Below are positions 1 to 51,350 of a DNA stretch of 64,000 nucleotides, piece after piece. The stretch lies in assembly GCF_964355755.1 (NCBI RefSeq), contig NC_092677.1, positions 14,530,101 through 14,594,100 of the forward strand, written 5' to 3'. The stretch comes from Antedon mediterranea (lineage: Eukaryota; Animalia; Echinodermata). Below the pieces are notes generated by a model. It was not told where the DNA came from. It saw nothing but the letters and a program-made list of their open reading frames with translations, and did no database searches. Position 1 is the stretch's first letter; each line of letters starts with the position of its first letter. Made by a program: the position numbers and the translations under genes.

Positions 1-184
1 CTGCTTCATTTCTTTGGAACCAACTTTATAAATATGTTAAATCTGCAAATTCATTTAAATCGTCATCATCTGCTCAGACTCTTCACTTTTTATTACATGA
101 TTTTATTCATGCATTGTTTTCATAACTTTATGATTATTATCATAATTATTAATTTAAATATTTTCCTTGCATCTTTAATCATAG

Positions 185-36416
<36,232 letters not shown>

Positions 36417-36838
36417 TTGGTTGATTAGATAAATGAACCTACTCATTGTAAAAAAAACTGAAGATATGATTGGTGGATTGACTTCTAAAGATAAATCCAA
36501 ATTTACACAAGCTGAAATGCGATTGGTGGAATGTTTCCTGAAGATGATACCTAACTATGCAAAAGCTGAAATGTGATTGGTGGCATGTTTCCTGAAGATA
36601 ATCCCTAACTATGCAAAAGCTGAAATTTGATTGGTGGAATGTTTCCTGAAGATACACCTAAACATTTCAGTAACAAAAATGTGATTGGTGGATTGCTTCT
36701 ATTATTATCAATTTAGAAAATATATAGTACAAACTATTCTGGTCTATCGATCTGACTAACTTTTAAAAATAGTCAAAATAATGGGTTTTAGCAAAGTAAT
36801 TTTCAATACAATTAAATAATTAATCAACACAAATCAAT

Positions 36839-36844
36839 AATAAA
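36839..36844 (+). promoter_or_regulatory. Candidate POLE polyadenylation signal AATAAA
   Basis: First AATAAA I found after the stop codon (ATTAAA also at 36811); weak evidence in AT-rich DNA. Confidence 0.3.
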
Positions 36845-38124
36845 TGTTAATTTAAAACATGCCAAACCTGTAACAGTCCTGAGAATAACATGTACATTAA
36901 ACCTTTGTTAATACGTCTCAAAATAACAACAACAACACATTGAATTGAACATATCGAGCGCAATGTCATCACAGAATTGTTATAGCGTATCCCTAAAGGA
37001 CTAAGTTAAACTAAATAGTATTGTAATTATATATATTTTCTGAAGAATAATTTTCATAGTTGTGTTTGAAAATTGTATTTATTCTATTGTGAAATATTAA
37101 AATGATTCTTTGTAAAAGAAATGAATTTAAAACGTACATTATGTACAGATTTATGTGCCAGACTTTTTTTTCTGTGCTCTTGATTTTAAAATTCAGTAAA
37201 GCCAACTGGAATTTTAGTGCAGAATTTATATAGGCTGTATCTTTCATCTTTGGCAGTTTGATTTTTTGATACTGTAGATCAACAGCAAAGACTAACATTC
37301 AATAACAGATTTAATAATAGGATATTATTGAGCTGTTGAGGTAATTTAAACAAAGTACATAAACGATGAATCACCAAGTTGACTTAGACCTATGTCAATT
37401 TTTTAAAAAGCTTAGCCGTCAATTTTCTCGGCCGAAAGATCACTTACTACCCTCGGGCCCTGAACTACTAGATCACCGATCACCGGCCATCAGGTCACAT
37501 CTCAGTGGTGAATTGCTTGAAATAAAGTAAGTGTATGCCGAGCACTGAATTACTCTAGCCCTAGGCCTAGATGTCGTTTGAACACCGTTCATCATTGTAA
37601 AAATGAAAGCAAATGCAGATAAAAACGTTTCATTAGCTGTTTTCTTTGTATTAAATGTCAGAGCGTTTATTTCGCGGAGGAAATTAATTGTAAAAAAGAA
37701 AGCAACTTGTGAAACAAAGTGTTAGTTCCTCTCCAGATGACCAAACACCAGCTGTATAACAAGCTGTTTATATATTTATTTTCTATTTAATATCTTTTAA
37801 CGAAGTCCTATCTAATTCCCCAGACTAACGGTCAAAATAATTGTTATGATCCACTACCGGTATACTCTTGGAGCTTCGAATATTATGTGGCTATTTTGTT
37901 CTGTCCTAATTGAGTAGAGTTAGGCCTCAAAATTCATTATTAGGCCTAAGTATGGTTTAAGTCCAATCCAATGTGAATACGATTCTTAGTAGCTTTACTT
38001 TAGAAAACATTAACAAGCTCAGGTACCGTAGCTCTCCTTTTCTGGTTAATTTGTCTTTAAGCCAAACCTTTACTATTTCTGTACCTTTATTCCATCTGTA
38101 GAATATGATGTTAAAAGACGTAAC

Positions 38125-40687
38125 TTTTTGTGACAATTTTATCCGTATTTTGCGACAACCACGTTCCACATTTTGCGACAATCGTTTTCCATATTTTGCA
38201 ACAATTGTGTTTCATATTTTGCGACAATCATGTTCCATATTTTGCGACAAACATGTTCCATTTTTGCGACGATCATGCTCCATATTTTGCAACAATCGTG
38301 TTCCATATTTTGCGACAATCGTTTTCCATATTTTGCGACAATTGTGTTCCATATTTTGCGACAATCATGTTCCTTATTTTGCGACAATCATGCTCCATTT
38401 TTTTGCGACAATCATGCTGCATATTTTGCAACAATCGTGTTTCATATTTTGTGACAATCATGTTCTATATTTTTGCGACAATCATGTTCTATATTTTTGC
38501 GACAATCATGTTCCATATTTTGCGACAATCATGTTCTATGTTTTGCGACAATCGTGCTCCATATTTTGCGACAATCATGTTCTATATTTTGCGACAATCG
38601 TGTTCCATATTTTGCGACAATCATGCTCTATATTTTGCGACAATCGTGTTCCATATTTTGCGACAATCGTGTTCCATATTTTGCGACAATCGTGCTCCAT
38701 ATTTTGCGACAATCATGCTCTATATTTTGCGACAATCATGCTCTATATTTTGCGACAATCGTGTTCCATATTTTGCGACAATCGTGTTCTATGTTTTGCG
38801 ACAATCATGCTCCATATTTTGCGACAATCATGTTCCATTTTTTGCGACAATCGTGCTCCATATTTTGCAACAATCGTGTTTCATTTTTTGCGACAATCAT
38901 GTTCTATATTTTTGCGACAATCATGTTCCATATTTTGCGACAATCATGTTCTATGTTTTGCGACAATCGTGCTCCATATTTTGCGACAATCATGTTCTAT
39001 ATTTTGCGACAATCGTGTTCCATATTTTGCGACAATCATGCTCTATATTTTGCGACAATCGTGTTCCATATTTTGCGACAATCGTGCTCCATATTTTGCG
39101 ACAATCATGCTCTATATTTTGCGACAATCATGTTCTATATTTTGCGACAATCGTGTTCCATATTTTGCGACAATCGTGTTCTATGTTTTGCGACAATCAT
39201 GTTCCATATTTTGCGAAAATCATGTTCCATATTTTGCGACAATCATGTTCTATGTTTTGCGACAATCATGTTCCATATTTTGCGAAAATCATGTTCCATA
39301 TTTTGCGACAATCATGTTCTATGTTTTGCGACAATCGTGTGCTATATTTTGCTACAAAGCAGTGTCATATTTTAACCATGTTGCTATTTTGCGAAAGGAG
39401 TGACAGTTTTGCGACAATCATGTTGAGTTCCATATTTTGCGACAATCGTATTTTTTATTGTGTAACAATCATGTTTGTATTTTGTGACAATCATGTTACT
39501 ATTTTGCGACAAGCGTATTCATATTTTGCAAACGTGTAGTGTATTTTGTAACAAACATGTTCGTATTTTGCGACAAACGTGTAGGCCTAGTGTATTCAGC
39601 AACAAACGTGTAGTGTATTTTGTGACAATCATGTTTGTATTTTGAGACAATCATGTTAGTTTTTTTGTGACAATGTTAGTATTTTGCGACAAGCGTATTC
39701 ATATTTTGCGACAAAGGTGTCGTGTATTTTGAGACAATCATGTTAGTTTTTTTGTGACAATGTTAGTATTTTGCGACAAGCGTATTCATATTTTGCGACA
39801 AACGTGTAAGTGTATTTTGTGACAATCATGTTTGTATTTTGAGACAATCATGTTAGATTTTTTGTGACGATGTTAGTATTTTGCGACAAGCGTATTCATA
39901 TTTTGCGACAAACGTGTAGTGTATTTTGTGACAATCATGTTTGTATTTTGAGACAATCATGTTAGTTTTTTTTGTGACAATGTTAGTATTTTGCGACAAT
40001 GTTAGTATTTTGCGACAAGCGTATTCATATTTTGCGACAAACGTGTCGTGTATTTTGTAAAAAACTTGTAGCGTATTTTGCGACAAACGTATTTGTATTT
40101 TGTAACATGTCATGTTTGTATTTTCCGACAATCGTGTGTATTTTGCAATAAACGTGTGGCGTATTTTGCGACAATATATGTCCGTATTTTGCGACAATCA
40201 TGTTTGTATTTTGATGCGAAAAATTAATGTTTTGTATTTCGCAACAAATGTGTAGCGTATTTTGCGACAATTATGTCCGTATTTTGCGACAATCATGTTC
40301 ATACTTTGTGACAAACATGTTTGTATTTTGGTGCGAAAAATAATGTTTTCGTATTTCGCAACAAACGTGTAGCGTATTTGTGACAATTATGTCCGTATTT
40401 TGCAACAATCATGTTCATATTTTGTTACAAGCGTGTTTGTATTTTGTGCGACAAACGTTTGTATTTTGCGACAAACGTTTGTATTTTGCTGCGAAAAATT
40501 ATTGTGTTCGTATTTTGTGAAAAAACGCGTAGTGTTGGGTGTGTATTTTGTGACATTCCTCTCCATATTTTGCAACAAGCATGTTCGTAATTTGCGACAA
40601 ACGTGATGTATTTTGCGACAATCGTGTTGTGTTTTGCGACAATCGTGTTGTATTTTGCGACAATCGTGTTGTATTTTGCGACAATCA
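38125..40687. repeat. 23-bp tandem satellite, consensus TTTTGCGACAATCATGTTCCATA, roughly 110 units
   Basis: Homogeneous block ~38150-39350; diverged block with higher-order structure ~39400-40690. Confidence 0.95.
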
Positions 40688-43600
40688 CTGTCACACAGGG
40701 ATCGCGTAGACATTTGCATTAATGTGCAACAGCTTTTGATTGGTTAAGTTAGGCTACTTTACTGATCAATCTGGACAAAATTGACACGCGAGATAAAAAA
40801 AAAATGAAAAACAAAATACTATGATATCTGACATGATTTCATACAACATCTGTCACGGTAATTCGTCTCGAAAACCGTAAATACAATATCTATTGTTTTC
40901 TTGAGCCGTAAATAGCCTTACTGTCATAAAATGCCTAGACACGCTGGCTACAAGTCGATAGAATGTTTTTCATAACTTGTCTCGATGCTGCCATCTGTAG
41001 ATTATGTGCCTATCATAATGTATATTTTTTCATAATGGCCTAAATACATTTTCATCGTTATGGCGCGCTTTGCCTTCAAACACGACGTTTGTAAATATAA
41101 TGTGCGTGGTTTTTCCCGGGCTCACTTAAATCGGACTGAGTTTTCCGCTGGGGGCTAAGCCTCGATTGGCAGAAGTAAATCCCGTCGATTCGTCGTCAAA
41201 TTTGCTTACTTTATGTCCGTAATGTCATTTTTAAGGCGTGAATATCACTGTGAGAAAGTGTTGAAGAAGCTTCTACGATAATATTATATGCTAAGTTACA
41301 CGTTCGTTGTATGATACTACCATCATATGGTAGTGGTCAATATTAAAGTAGAGGGTAATCTTCTCCGTATCCCCACAGGGGAGTGCCACACCGGAGGTCC
41401 GACCGGCCAGGGCGACCAAATGTTATTATTTTTGTATACATAATTTGTTGTATGTATGTACATACATGTAGATGCATTTAAATAATAGTTACTGACAAGC
41501 ACTCGCTTCTTAAATTGTAATTGTGAATTGTAATTGTGTATTGTAAATAAACATTGTTTCAGAACATTTCGGCACGTCCCAACGCACCTTAAACTGATTC
41601 GAACATACCCATGTTTTTAACACCGAGTACTTATAAAATGTATTGTCCCGTTTCGAAATATAGAATAATTACCGGTGGTACGAATAGAACTCTTGTTTGG
41701 TTTGACATTGCTTCGCTTTGCGTTAAGTTTTGTAGGCCTACTTATAAACAACAATCGATCGCCAAATAACTGTATTTCATGTCGTCATTATCAAATGGTG
41801 AATACAGAGTCATGCCTCTACCTATTGCATTAGCTTTTAAGTCCCCATCCTTACAACAAAAATGTGTTTGCAACTCTGCCTCACAATCTAACTAATGTTA
41901 GACAATGCCCTAAATCCGCTTAAATTAGGAACAATTCAAGTCAAAAGGCAAGCTATTCAGGCAGCAAATTTCATCACCCAAACAACACCTGCTATGCGTT
42001 TTTACAGCAAACAGCTACTTTAGTGATACATTCCGATGTTAAATTGACTGAAACTCACACTTCTACAAAAAAAAAGGTTTAGCTTTGTAGCTCCAAATAT
42101 CATAGCAAAATGTAGGCTACCGGTAGGCCTATAGCAATGTTTAAGATGCTCTCCAGGTGGAATGCCATCTAGAGATGAGTAGGCCTAGTAGTAATTAGTA
42201 CAGTCTTGTGTATTTTTAATTCATTTATGTAATTTTACTTTCTATGGACCAGAGCTTCCGAAATAAAAGATTGATTGAATGAATGAATGAAGACTGGATA
42301 TTAAGAGTATATTACGGATATCAAAAACGATATAGAGGGCGTGATCATTCGTGAACAGTAATTTTCTGAAGTTCAGCTAGACTTCATACTGTCGTTATCT
42401 CCTCTTCTCTCCTATTAGTTGACGAGCACGTCAAACACACATAAACGGCTAAAAAACGCAGAGCCGTTGTATTCTTATTATTATTATAGATATTATTCTT
42501 CACCTTTTTTTTCTGGAAATTATAATATATTACATTTTCTCTTTAGGACATGTCTACTAATCATGCTTTAATTATTAATATAACTTTGAATCAACCTAAA
42601 TTTGAAAACCGAATCGAATTCATTTTTAAAAATGTCGTTTCTAAATTAGTGATAAACGTGATATCTGACATATCATAACGATCCCGGTCGCAATGCATCC
42701 CGGTCTCATTATTGTTTTGTATCAAGCACCAATTGTAAAATTTTGTAAGAGTTGATAAATAAATATTTTTAATAATATTAATAAACATCGTAGCCAATTT
42801 GAAATAGATTTGTTAATCTTAAAATAAAACCACAGTCTTTGCAACGTTTAAGACCGTGAGTGACTTTTTTTATTTAAAATAAGACAGTTGTGAAAATCAG
42901 AAGGCCTATATATAGACCTAATGTACTGATTTTTTGATAACAAAAATACAACGTTTGACCTACTACGGTATTTCACAACATCTTTTGTAGTGTACGTTCT
43001 CCTCCTATGTATGGAATTGAATGTAGAGGGCCTATTTTGCACGCGTTTATTTTATACACGCACACAGTCGATCCACAAGATTGTCTACTTTGCAAAATCT
43101 TAATTCACCAGTATTTATTTTCACTATTAATGATGTTTTATACACACATTTCTGAGTCATCTATCTTACGTGTATTAGTATTATGTTTGCTTATAAAAGT
43201 AATAAATCAAATCAAATGTGCATTAAGTGTGCGCCCAAGTAAAACAATCATAAGAAACATTATGAGCTATTGAGGGCGTTTCCTAAATACTTATAAATGA
43301 AGTATTTCCGTTATATAAAATCATAATTTTAAATGATAGTAGGTTTTCAAAAGATAATCACTAGTATAACCAATAAAATACAAGCAGTTTAAAAGTATTA
43401 TATTTTATTATCGTTGAATGCATAAAATCAACAGGTATCGGTTTTGTTCACTATCAATCATTTTGATTACCACCTGCTAAGAAAATGGAATAGTCCAAAG
43501 CTAATCAATGAATTTATCGTGTGTGTGTGAAAACTGCTTCTGTGCTGAGCACAGAGACTCAACTGAAAATCCTCACTCGATTAGAATTCCGTGTAAACAC

Positions 43601-43722
43601 ACCGGTGTGAGAATCATAAGCGAAAATACTTCATCTTTCTACAACATTTAAGACTAAATGAATAAGTTGACTCGACTGACAATATTGCAGATAAGGGAGA
43701 AGTGAGAGAAGAGGACAGTTCG

Positions 43723-43795
43723 ATGGATATTTGTGAATTTTTCCTGCCTTTTTTATTTTTTATCTGGATTATACCTAGGCCGATCGACAGCCAAA
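43723..43795 (+). CDS. Putative first coding exon (signal peptide MDICEFFLPFLFFIWIIPRPIDS|Q) of an unidentified secreted or membrane protein
   Basis: ATG, hydrophobic core, I-D-S cleavage-like site, then a consensus phase-1 donor A|GTGAGT; preceded by a GC-richer 5' UTR-like stretch from ~43520. Confidence 0.5.
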
Positions 43796-46700
43796 GTGAG
43801 TAAATCCCCTAGTTTATTTACATTTGATTGCAAGGAGAAATAGGTGGTGCTGTGTGGAGACCATATTATTACTCGGAGTAACAATGTACACATTGTGAAG
43901 GCAGGCCTACAAATGTCAAAATAATTTAAATTAATAGAAAATAATTAAAATATAAATATAGTAAATATTAGTAAATTTACAATATTTTATAACCTGTAAA
44001 AAGCACTACTACTACTAGTTAGGCCTATCTTTTAGGTCTCTACATTATCATAGTAATTAGTATTACTGGCTAGTAGTAGAAATGGTTAACTAGAATAGAT
44101 AGTGCTATATTAAATTAAATAGTCCTTTCCGTTGGTACTGGTACATCCCTATTGTGTGATCTGTGAAGAATATCTGAATAATATTAGGTACCTTTCATAC
44201 ATAAACAGATGGTGAATCTGTTATTATTGCATAAATGTATATTGTGTTGGCCTACTTTCCACATTTTTATACTCATGTATACTGTTTTACTGTATACTTC
44301 AGTCACATTCTGAGAAAATAAATTTGTAAAGCCAATTACCCAGCTGCACTTTTTATAGTGATAAATAGTGTGTGAAGAACTAAGAAAAATGATGTTCATT
44401 ACGGTAAATTTAACTGACTTGATATTCCAGTGTACCCTTGTACAGTACTGATTGTTACTGTTAATAAAGTTCATAAAAGAAAAGCCTCTTATTATACTGG
44501 TATTATTTCAGTAAGGTACTGTATAGTCTATATACTTATTATAATACTAATAGTCTATATTCGTAATCCTAAAATATGTAAAATATGAGTTTATACTGTA
44601 GCTCTGAGAAGAGTGAATATAAAAAAATATTATATAAATATAAAGTTATTATAAGTGATTTAAAGTAAGATTATAGCCAGAATAGGATGTTATGATGGAA
44701 TGTACAATTTAATGCATTGGTATGAATAACCTAGGCACCCATACCCTACCCTGTACTTCCAGTAAATCTAGTATACAGTAACAATTGTACATTAAAAAGT
44801 ATATTTTTCTTCTTGGTTTTATAAGAAATTGTCCCCTTAAGGTATCCCAGAGGTCCTACTGTTCAGGAATGAATAGGTTTGTTAATCAGATACTGTGTAT
44901 AAGACCTTGATGCAAGACAACCCTGTTTCACTGACACCAACCCATCCCCCCCCCCCCCCAACCCATTGAAGACCCCCACTTTTTTACTAATTCTATAAAT
45001 AATTCTTTTCTCATCTTATTTTAAAAATCTGAATGACATTAGTAGTACCATCTTTTTATAGTAAGTTATATACCCGCAGTAAAAAGGTACTGCCTGTATT
45101 GTATGCAAGCATTTTAATTGATTCCAGATAAAAACGAATGAAATGAATTTCAATTAATTTTTTGAATTACTTTGGAAATGAAAACCCTTTCAATTTTTTG
45201 AATTTGAATAATTTTCATTTAGAAAATCAATTGAAAGCTTAAATTATGATGGGATATTCAATATTTTTGCCATAATCAGTTTCATATAATACGACCTTGG
45301 TGTTCATAAAAACAGCTTTTGAATTTTCTTTAATTCCTCTGCAGAAAAATCAATATTAAGCGCCTAACAACAAAAATATACTTAAAAAATTTGCAATCTT
45401 GTTAATGTTGGTTTGATTATATTAAATGTGTACCTTGAGTAAAAATGCGATATTGTAAAAAAACATATAAAATTGAAATTGAGTATACATTCACCTTGGT
45501 TAGTACAGTAGCCTGTGTCTAGATTAAATATTATTGTTTATTGAGTCATTTTCCAACAAAATCAACTTAGGATTATTTAGAATACATTGTACAAAAATTT
45601 ATCCTATTTTTTGAAAGGCTACTGTAACTTTTAACTCATTCATAAAACTTTCATCATTTTAACTCTACAGTATGTGCATTCACACTGGTTTGAATCCTCT
45701 AGTTTTAATAGTATAATATAATGCCTTTATAAATAGGAATACAATTATTAAAAATCCATTAACTTTTATATATAGTTTATTTCTTTTATAAAATAACTTA
45801 CATTAACTTTAAATACCATACTTTATAGGTTTAATTTAATATTATTACCTCTATAGATATTTAAAGTTGTACTGTAAAACAGCATAAAAAGTAAGTATTT
45901 TTCTTATGAATTTAATGGCTTTAAATACAGTACACTGTCTTCTACTGGTGTTCAAAACACCACATTCAATTGCTTACATTATATAAATTAATTTTAAAGG
46001 CATTTAAAAAAAATGTCTACTCTGCTTATCCTCAAATATCAAATTTTCCGTATTAATGTTCTGAATGATTATTTTGGTTTCTGTTTTGTGCTGATTAATC
46101 CTATGAAACAGAATTAAAATTGTTTAAATCCTTTTAAAAACATGTACAGTATATTTAAATAACACAACAGTACAGTATGTAATTTATGATTGAGTGATAC
46201 ACACTAAATACATACACTATCTTGAAGAAATAGCAGATAATTGTTTAATAATGGTTTTAATAGAAATAATGCAACACATTTAATAAGTTTCAATTGAAAA
46301 TAAAGAATAGTTTATAGTTAATATCAAGTAATTCTTCAACATTGATTGAAATTTAGTTCTGTAATTACAAAAGAGTAATTTAGATTTAAAATGTAGGTCA
46401 CGCTAGTCTCAAAACCCTATTTATCATGCTCATGAATATATGGAACATACATTTGAATTGCCCTGTATTTGAAAATGTATATTTTAAGGTGATATTATTA
46501 TTTGACAAATGTTGCATCGGAGAATACACATTGTTATGATGAAGTTAAAGTTGAACAAAATCATATGTACTTACCTCTAACAATCACAGAGAATATATAT
46601 GTCACTGTGAACCATACAATCAAAGTCGGCACGTAATATTGTTATTAATCCTTGTATTGTAATTAAGAGACTAATAAAGGCTTGCGTGTGCTGGTGTAAG

Positions 46701-49700
46701 TGGCAAGAAAAAAAGTAAAAAAAAAAAAAACAACAGTTACTAATTTAAGTTTTCTTTGTGTTTAAACTCAAAGTTATACTGCAGACTGTATAATAATAAT
46801 ATGTGTGGAAAGTTGTGAGGTAAATCTTGGTTCCCACTAGTGTGACGCAATGTAAGTAAGTACAGTGTAAGTAATTTGACCAATCATGGCATGATGGATC
46901 ATCCGAACTGTTGATTGTTATTGGTCGAATTACTTGCATTGCAAAGTGGGAACCAATCTTAAAGAAAATCATCTACAAACAACTGTATATTATACTGTAG
47001 CCTAACATATAAAAAAACCTTACATTTTCTTTCTCTATTGTCTTGTATGTTTTATTGTTGAAATTGGCAAGTAGGCTTGGATATTAATATAGACATGTTT
47101 GAATTGTATATTTGCATTGTACAAAGTAATGGATTTGATCATGTAAAACGAACATACCGTTAAGAGTATTGTTGTGATATGCTCTTAATCATGGTTGCCA
47201 TGTAAATATATTGATGGAATACTCCTTAAAAAAGGTTGAAGTCCAAGTTTGCGTCATTGTTATAGATACATTCAGACTGAATTTCAGTTATTGGCAAGTA
47301 TAATCAGTCAGAAATGATCAGTTCCTAATGTAATAACAAACTTCATCCAGTTAAAAATAACCTCTGATTAAAGACTGCGCATGCATGGTCCCATAAAACA
47401 AATAAATAAAGCCTTATTTTGAATGATCATAACATTATGTTTTTCCAAAAATGGTATGATCCTGAATAGGTATAGCCCTATTATTGATCGATATAATTAG
47501 TAATGGAAAAACTCTCAATATTTTAAACATACATACAGTAGTAGTTCAGTATTACTATAGTTTGTGAAACTCATTTTTCCAACCTATTTTTATTGTATAA
47601 GATTTGTAGATAAGATTTTCATTTCAATTGAGAACAAAACTTACAAGCGAGTGAAGTATACAAAAACACTTTGAACAATGCATAACATACAATACAAAGT
47701 ATCCTCCATAGACTTAAACACTAAACCAGTCTATTGAAAACGTCTTTATTGTTGAATACAACAGTTACCATACAAACTCAAATGAACTCTCTACTCTGTC
47801 AGTGGCTGATGATTGTACAGTACTGTAGATCAATAAAATAAATGATACTATTTGTATTGCATTCCATATAGGACACTGCTCTGTAGTAGGAATTTAATTT
47901 TAATGGCAAAAAATCATTTAAATTCAGATTAGGATAAAGTGTTGGTGGTAATGGGTAACAGTTACACTTCAGCCATGCCACAAGGGTAATTGGACCTCAT
48001 TAGAAGGTCAGCCCATTTGGAGGTGTTCCCTGCAGGTGCCCTGGAAGAATACACCACCATAGCAACTGGTCACCTCTTGTATTACATTTTCAAGTGTTTT
48101 TTATTTATTTTGGGTAATGTCTTTGGCATTTTCTAATTAGTGGTGTCTTGTGGAGTTATAGCCGAAACATTTATAATAGTTCATGGTTTGTTTGGAAAAC
48201 TATCCTACTGTATGTTTGTCTTTTGTGTAGAAATATATTTGATAAAGGTTACTTGTTTTTAGGTCTTGGCTTTGTAAAAAATGTTTGTGCCTTAGGCAGA
48301 TCCACAAAGCTTCTGCTTGGTTATGAATAGTGTGCAGTATAGCCTGTAAGACTCACTAGACAGCCATCAATATGATGCCTTCAGAAGCCTGGAAAAAACC
48401 CTGATTAAAATATACAGGACGGTATATAAAGCCACTGTGCATTGGACACCCCTATATAGGGGACACTGTTGTATAAATAACTACTAAATTGATAGTGTTA
48501 AAATTGCCATTGCCAATCACTAAAAAGTAAGATTAAGAAGAAATATCTAAAACATTACAAACAAAACTATCATTTGCAAAACATCAATAGTTTACAGAAA
48601 TACCCATATTGCTTTACTAGTACCGGTACTACTGTAGTAGTGGATAAGTACAGAAATATGAACATTTCAGTGTGAAATTGTGTTAAAAATTCAATAATAG
48701 CAGTTCTACATCATACTTCTCTCTCCATAACTTTGAATAAGTCTACAATATGCAAGGCTGTATACCAGCTGGTCTTATATAAGCAAGACTTAGTACTGTC
48801 AGCTCATCTCCTGTACAGCTAATGATACATTTTCCGTTCTTGGCACAGTAGGTAACCTTCCTATGTTGTACATCTACCTGAAACACATTCCTCTCTTTCC
48901 TTTCAAGCTCTTTAGAAATCATTTTTTGAGTGACCTTAAACAAGACAAACATTAACTTTGTAATAGACAATTAATATTAACAACCGTCAGAAATCGCATT
49001 TTGTTTGCACTATTTATACAATAGACTGACAGTACAGTACAACTAATTATGCCTAAAATAAAACTATAAGATATCACAGTAAAACAACCTGCTACAACTA
49101 GTACAAGTATCTCATATGGATGTGATATACTTGAAATAAGATGTTCTGCAGATCACATCATCTAGCTTGTCCATCAACCTTGTACAGCACAATCAGAGGA
49201 AGTTTAAAAGCATGTTTGTTTAAACAACAATCCTAATGACCATTGTACAGTAATGGGCCTTACACACAGGCTGCAACACTTTAATCTTAAATAGCAGACT
49301 TGATGTTAATTATTAAGAATTATGTTAATATAGTTAAGAAATGACCATACAAGGTTAAACAGGGATTTCATTGATTAGGAATAGATCTTATTAGGCTGAC
49401 CAAGGTTGGGGGTTTCCTATTCAAATCAGATGGACATAATGATCAGCAAGTGTCATTTAAGGTCAACCATATGGTACATCTTCAGAACATTAATTAAAAT
49501 GTTGTGATCTACTGTTTGTGCACCACAGGTTCTTAACAGAGAGTTGTAATTCTTAAGACCCAACACAAATTAGTAGTCTACTATAGGTTTATTTTTACTA
49601 TTTTCAATTTTCAATTGTCTATACATCATATCATCATTACTAACTGTACAGTATGTGCAGTGTTAAATTAAACGATTTTGTCAGTGAAGTAACATCCAAA

Positions 49701-51283
49701 TCTAAACACTTACCAATAAAACTCTGTTAATTAAACATTTGAAATACTCAGCAATAACATCTAAAAAAAATTATTTTATTATTCTAAAGTTATAATTCTT
49801 CTGTAGTTATTGTTCTAGTAAGCAATAATAATCATTTAAATTATTTATTAAAATCTAATCTTAAAATGTTACATCACGAGGCTTTGTATTTAACTGGCTA
49901 AATAAAGCAAATATTTGGCCCTTCATTTCATGCATTTCTTCTATCACATCAAGTTCAAAATATTTGAGAAAGTGTAGCCATACTGATTCTATTGACATTG
50001 GACCTGCTTGCACTTTGATCTTTGGTTTTATTTTGTTTTACTTTATTTGTTAGAGTGTTTAGTCATCAGGTTTCGAGACAAGATCAGAATTCTTGGACTG
50101 TATACTATCATACAGTAATATAGGGAAGAGTGAAATCAAATTCACCCTTCTCTGGTAGTATGAATACTTGTTTTCTATTAAACGTGATTTATGTTTGTTT
50201 ATGCATATTAGTAAAGCTATTACCTATTGTAAATATTTTCACACACAGTAATCATGGACTAATGTTGTGTTAAAAATAAACAATGATTGGTTTGATTATA
50301 TACAAAACTGGTTAAAGTGTTGAATACTTTATTTATTTTGTTTGTGATTCTCTTCTTCTCTCAAAGGATGTTTTGCACTGTGAAGGTTTAGTAATCTTTC
50401 AGTCTTATTTCTACAATTCAATCTCTGATGTACGCAGTCTGCAATTGTTACATACAATTCAATAATAATAGTACATACATCTTTAAAGGTCTGATTCTGC
50501 TGAGTGAGCAAAATCCTCTCCTTTTTATGCACAACACCTTTAAAACATAAAGGTTGAAATAGATTTTACCCTGATTCGACTTTATGCCTGGACACATTGA
50601 ATTTTGTTTAATGTTACCGCTTGTTAGTCCCCAATCACTGATTAAAACGGTTTTTGGGAGCACAAACATAGTAGATGTGCCTCTATATTTACTTGATTTA
50701 CATACTTGATGTTCAGACTTATAAAGCCGAAGCTTGTGTGTCCCTATATTAATATCAATTTAATTTCAAAAATCTATTTATTCACCAGAAACAGGCCCTA
50801 AAAGATGGCCTATGGTTGGGTGGTAACGTCACATGTATTTCATTCATTGTATTTATCCTTAGAATATATCCTATATTAAATCTATAGCCATGTTTGCCAT
50901 TACTTATAAATTAATGCAAGAATACACCTTTAGGCCAGCCAATCCTAAGATGTGATTTTAGCTCATTTGTTAAGGATAATAACACAGAGAAAATGCATGA
51001 TTTCAGGCCTCCGGACTCTGGTTCGTTCAAGTTCATACAGCCTGCATCCTATGAATAAATGATAAATATGAAATTAAAAAAAACATTATGCCTGTTGGCT
51101 ATTCAAGATAGATTGTAGAATTTTACAGTAAATTTGTGTTTTCATACAAAAATGAATTGCAAATTTTGGCATCTGTCCTTCATGTGGTGATCGTGATGCG
51201 AGTGAGTGATTGCAACAAATAATATGTATAAAAAACATTTATGAGAAAATATTCATTCATTCATTATCCATACTTCCTTTTAG

Positions 51284-51350
51284 ATTATGTTACCGAAATA
51301 CCTCATCATCATTCCTTTTGCAAACAGCCACCAAGAAACTGGGACTGTAG
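51284..51350 (+). CDS. Candidate second exon (NYVTEIPHHHSFCKQPPRNWDC) with GC donor
   Basis: Pyrimidine tract plus tag acceptor; open in the phase required by 43723-43795; ends AG|GCAAGT. Confidence 0.25.

Noticed and set aside
37380-37580. Possible promoter or non-coding first exon (CpG-richer, AAA|GTAAGT at ~37527)
   Set aside because: It cannot be told apart from transposon interior sequence, and I found no downstream exon.
38105-39539. Long ORFs (432, 469 and 300 aa) with FCDNHVPYFATIMFHILRQSCSI repeats
   Set aside because: They are translations of a 23-bp satellite. The same peptide appears in all three frames, and no splice or domain evidence supports a gene.
38125-40687. CRISPR-like look (constant core plus variable segment)
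   Set aside because: The variable parts are ~10 nt and related to each other rather than unique spacers. The context is eukaryotic and there are no cas genes.
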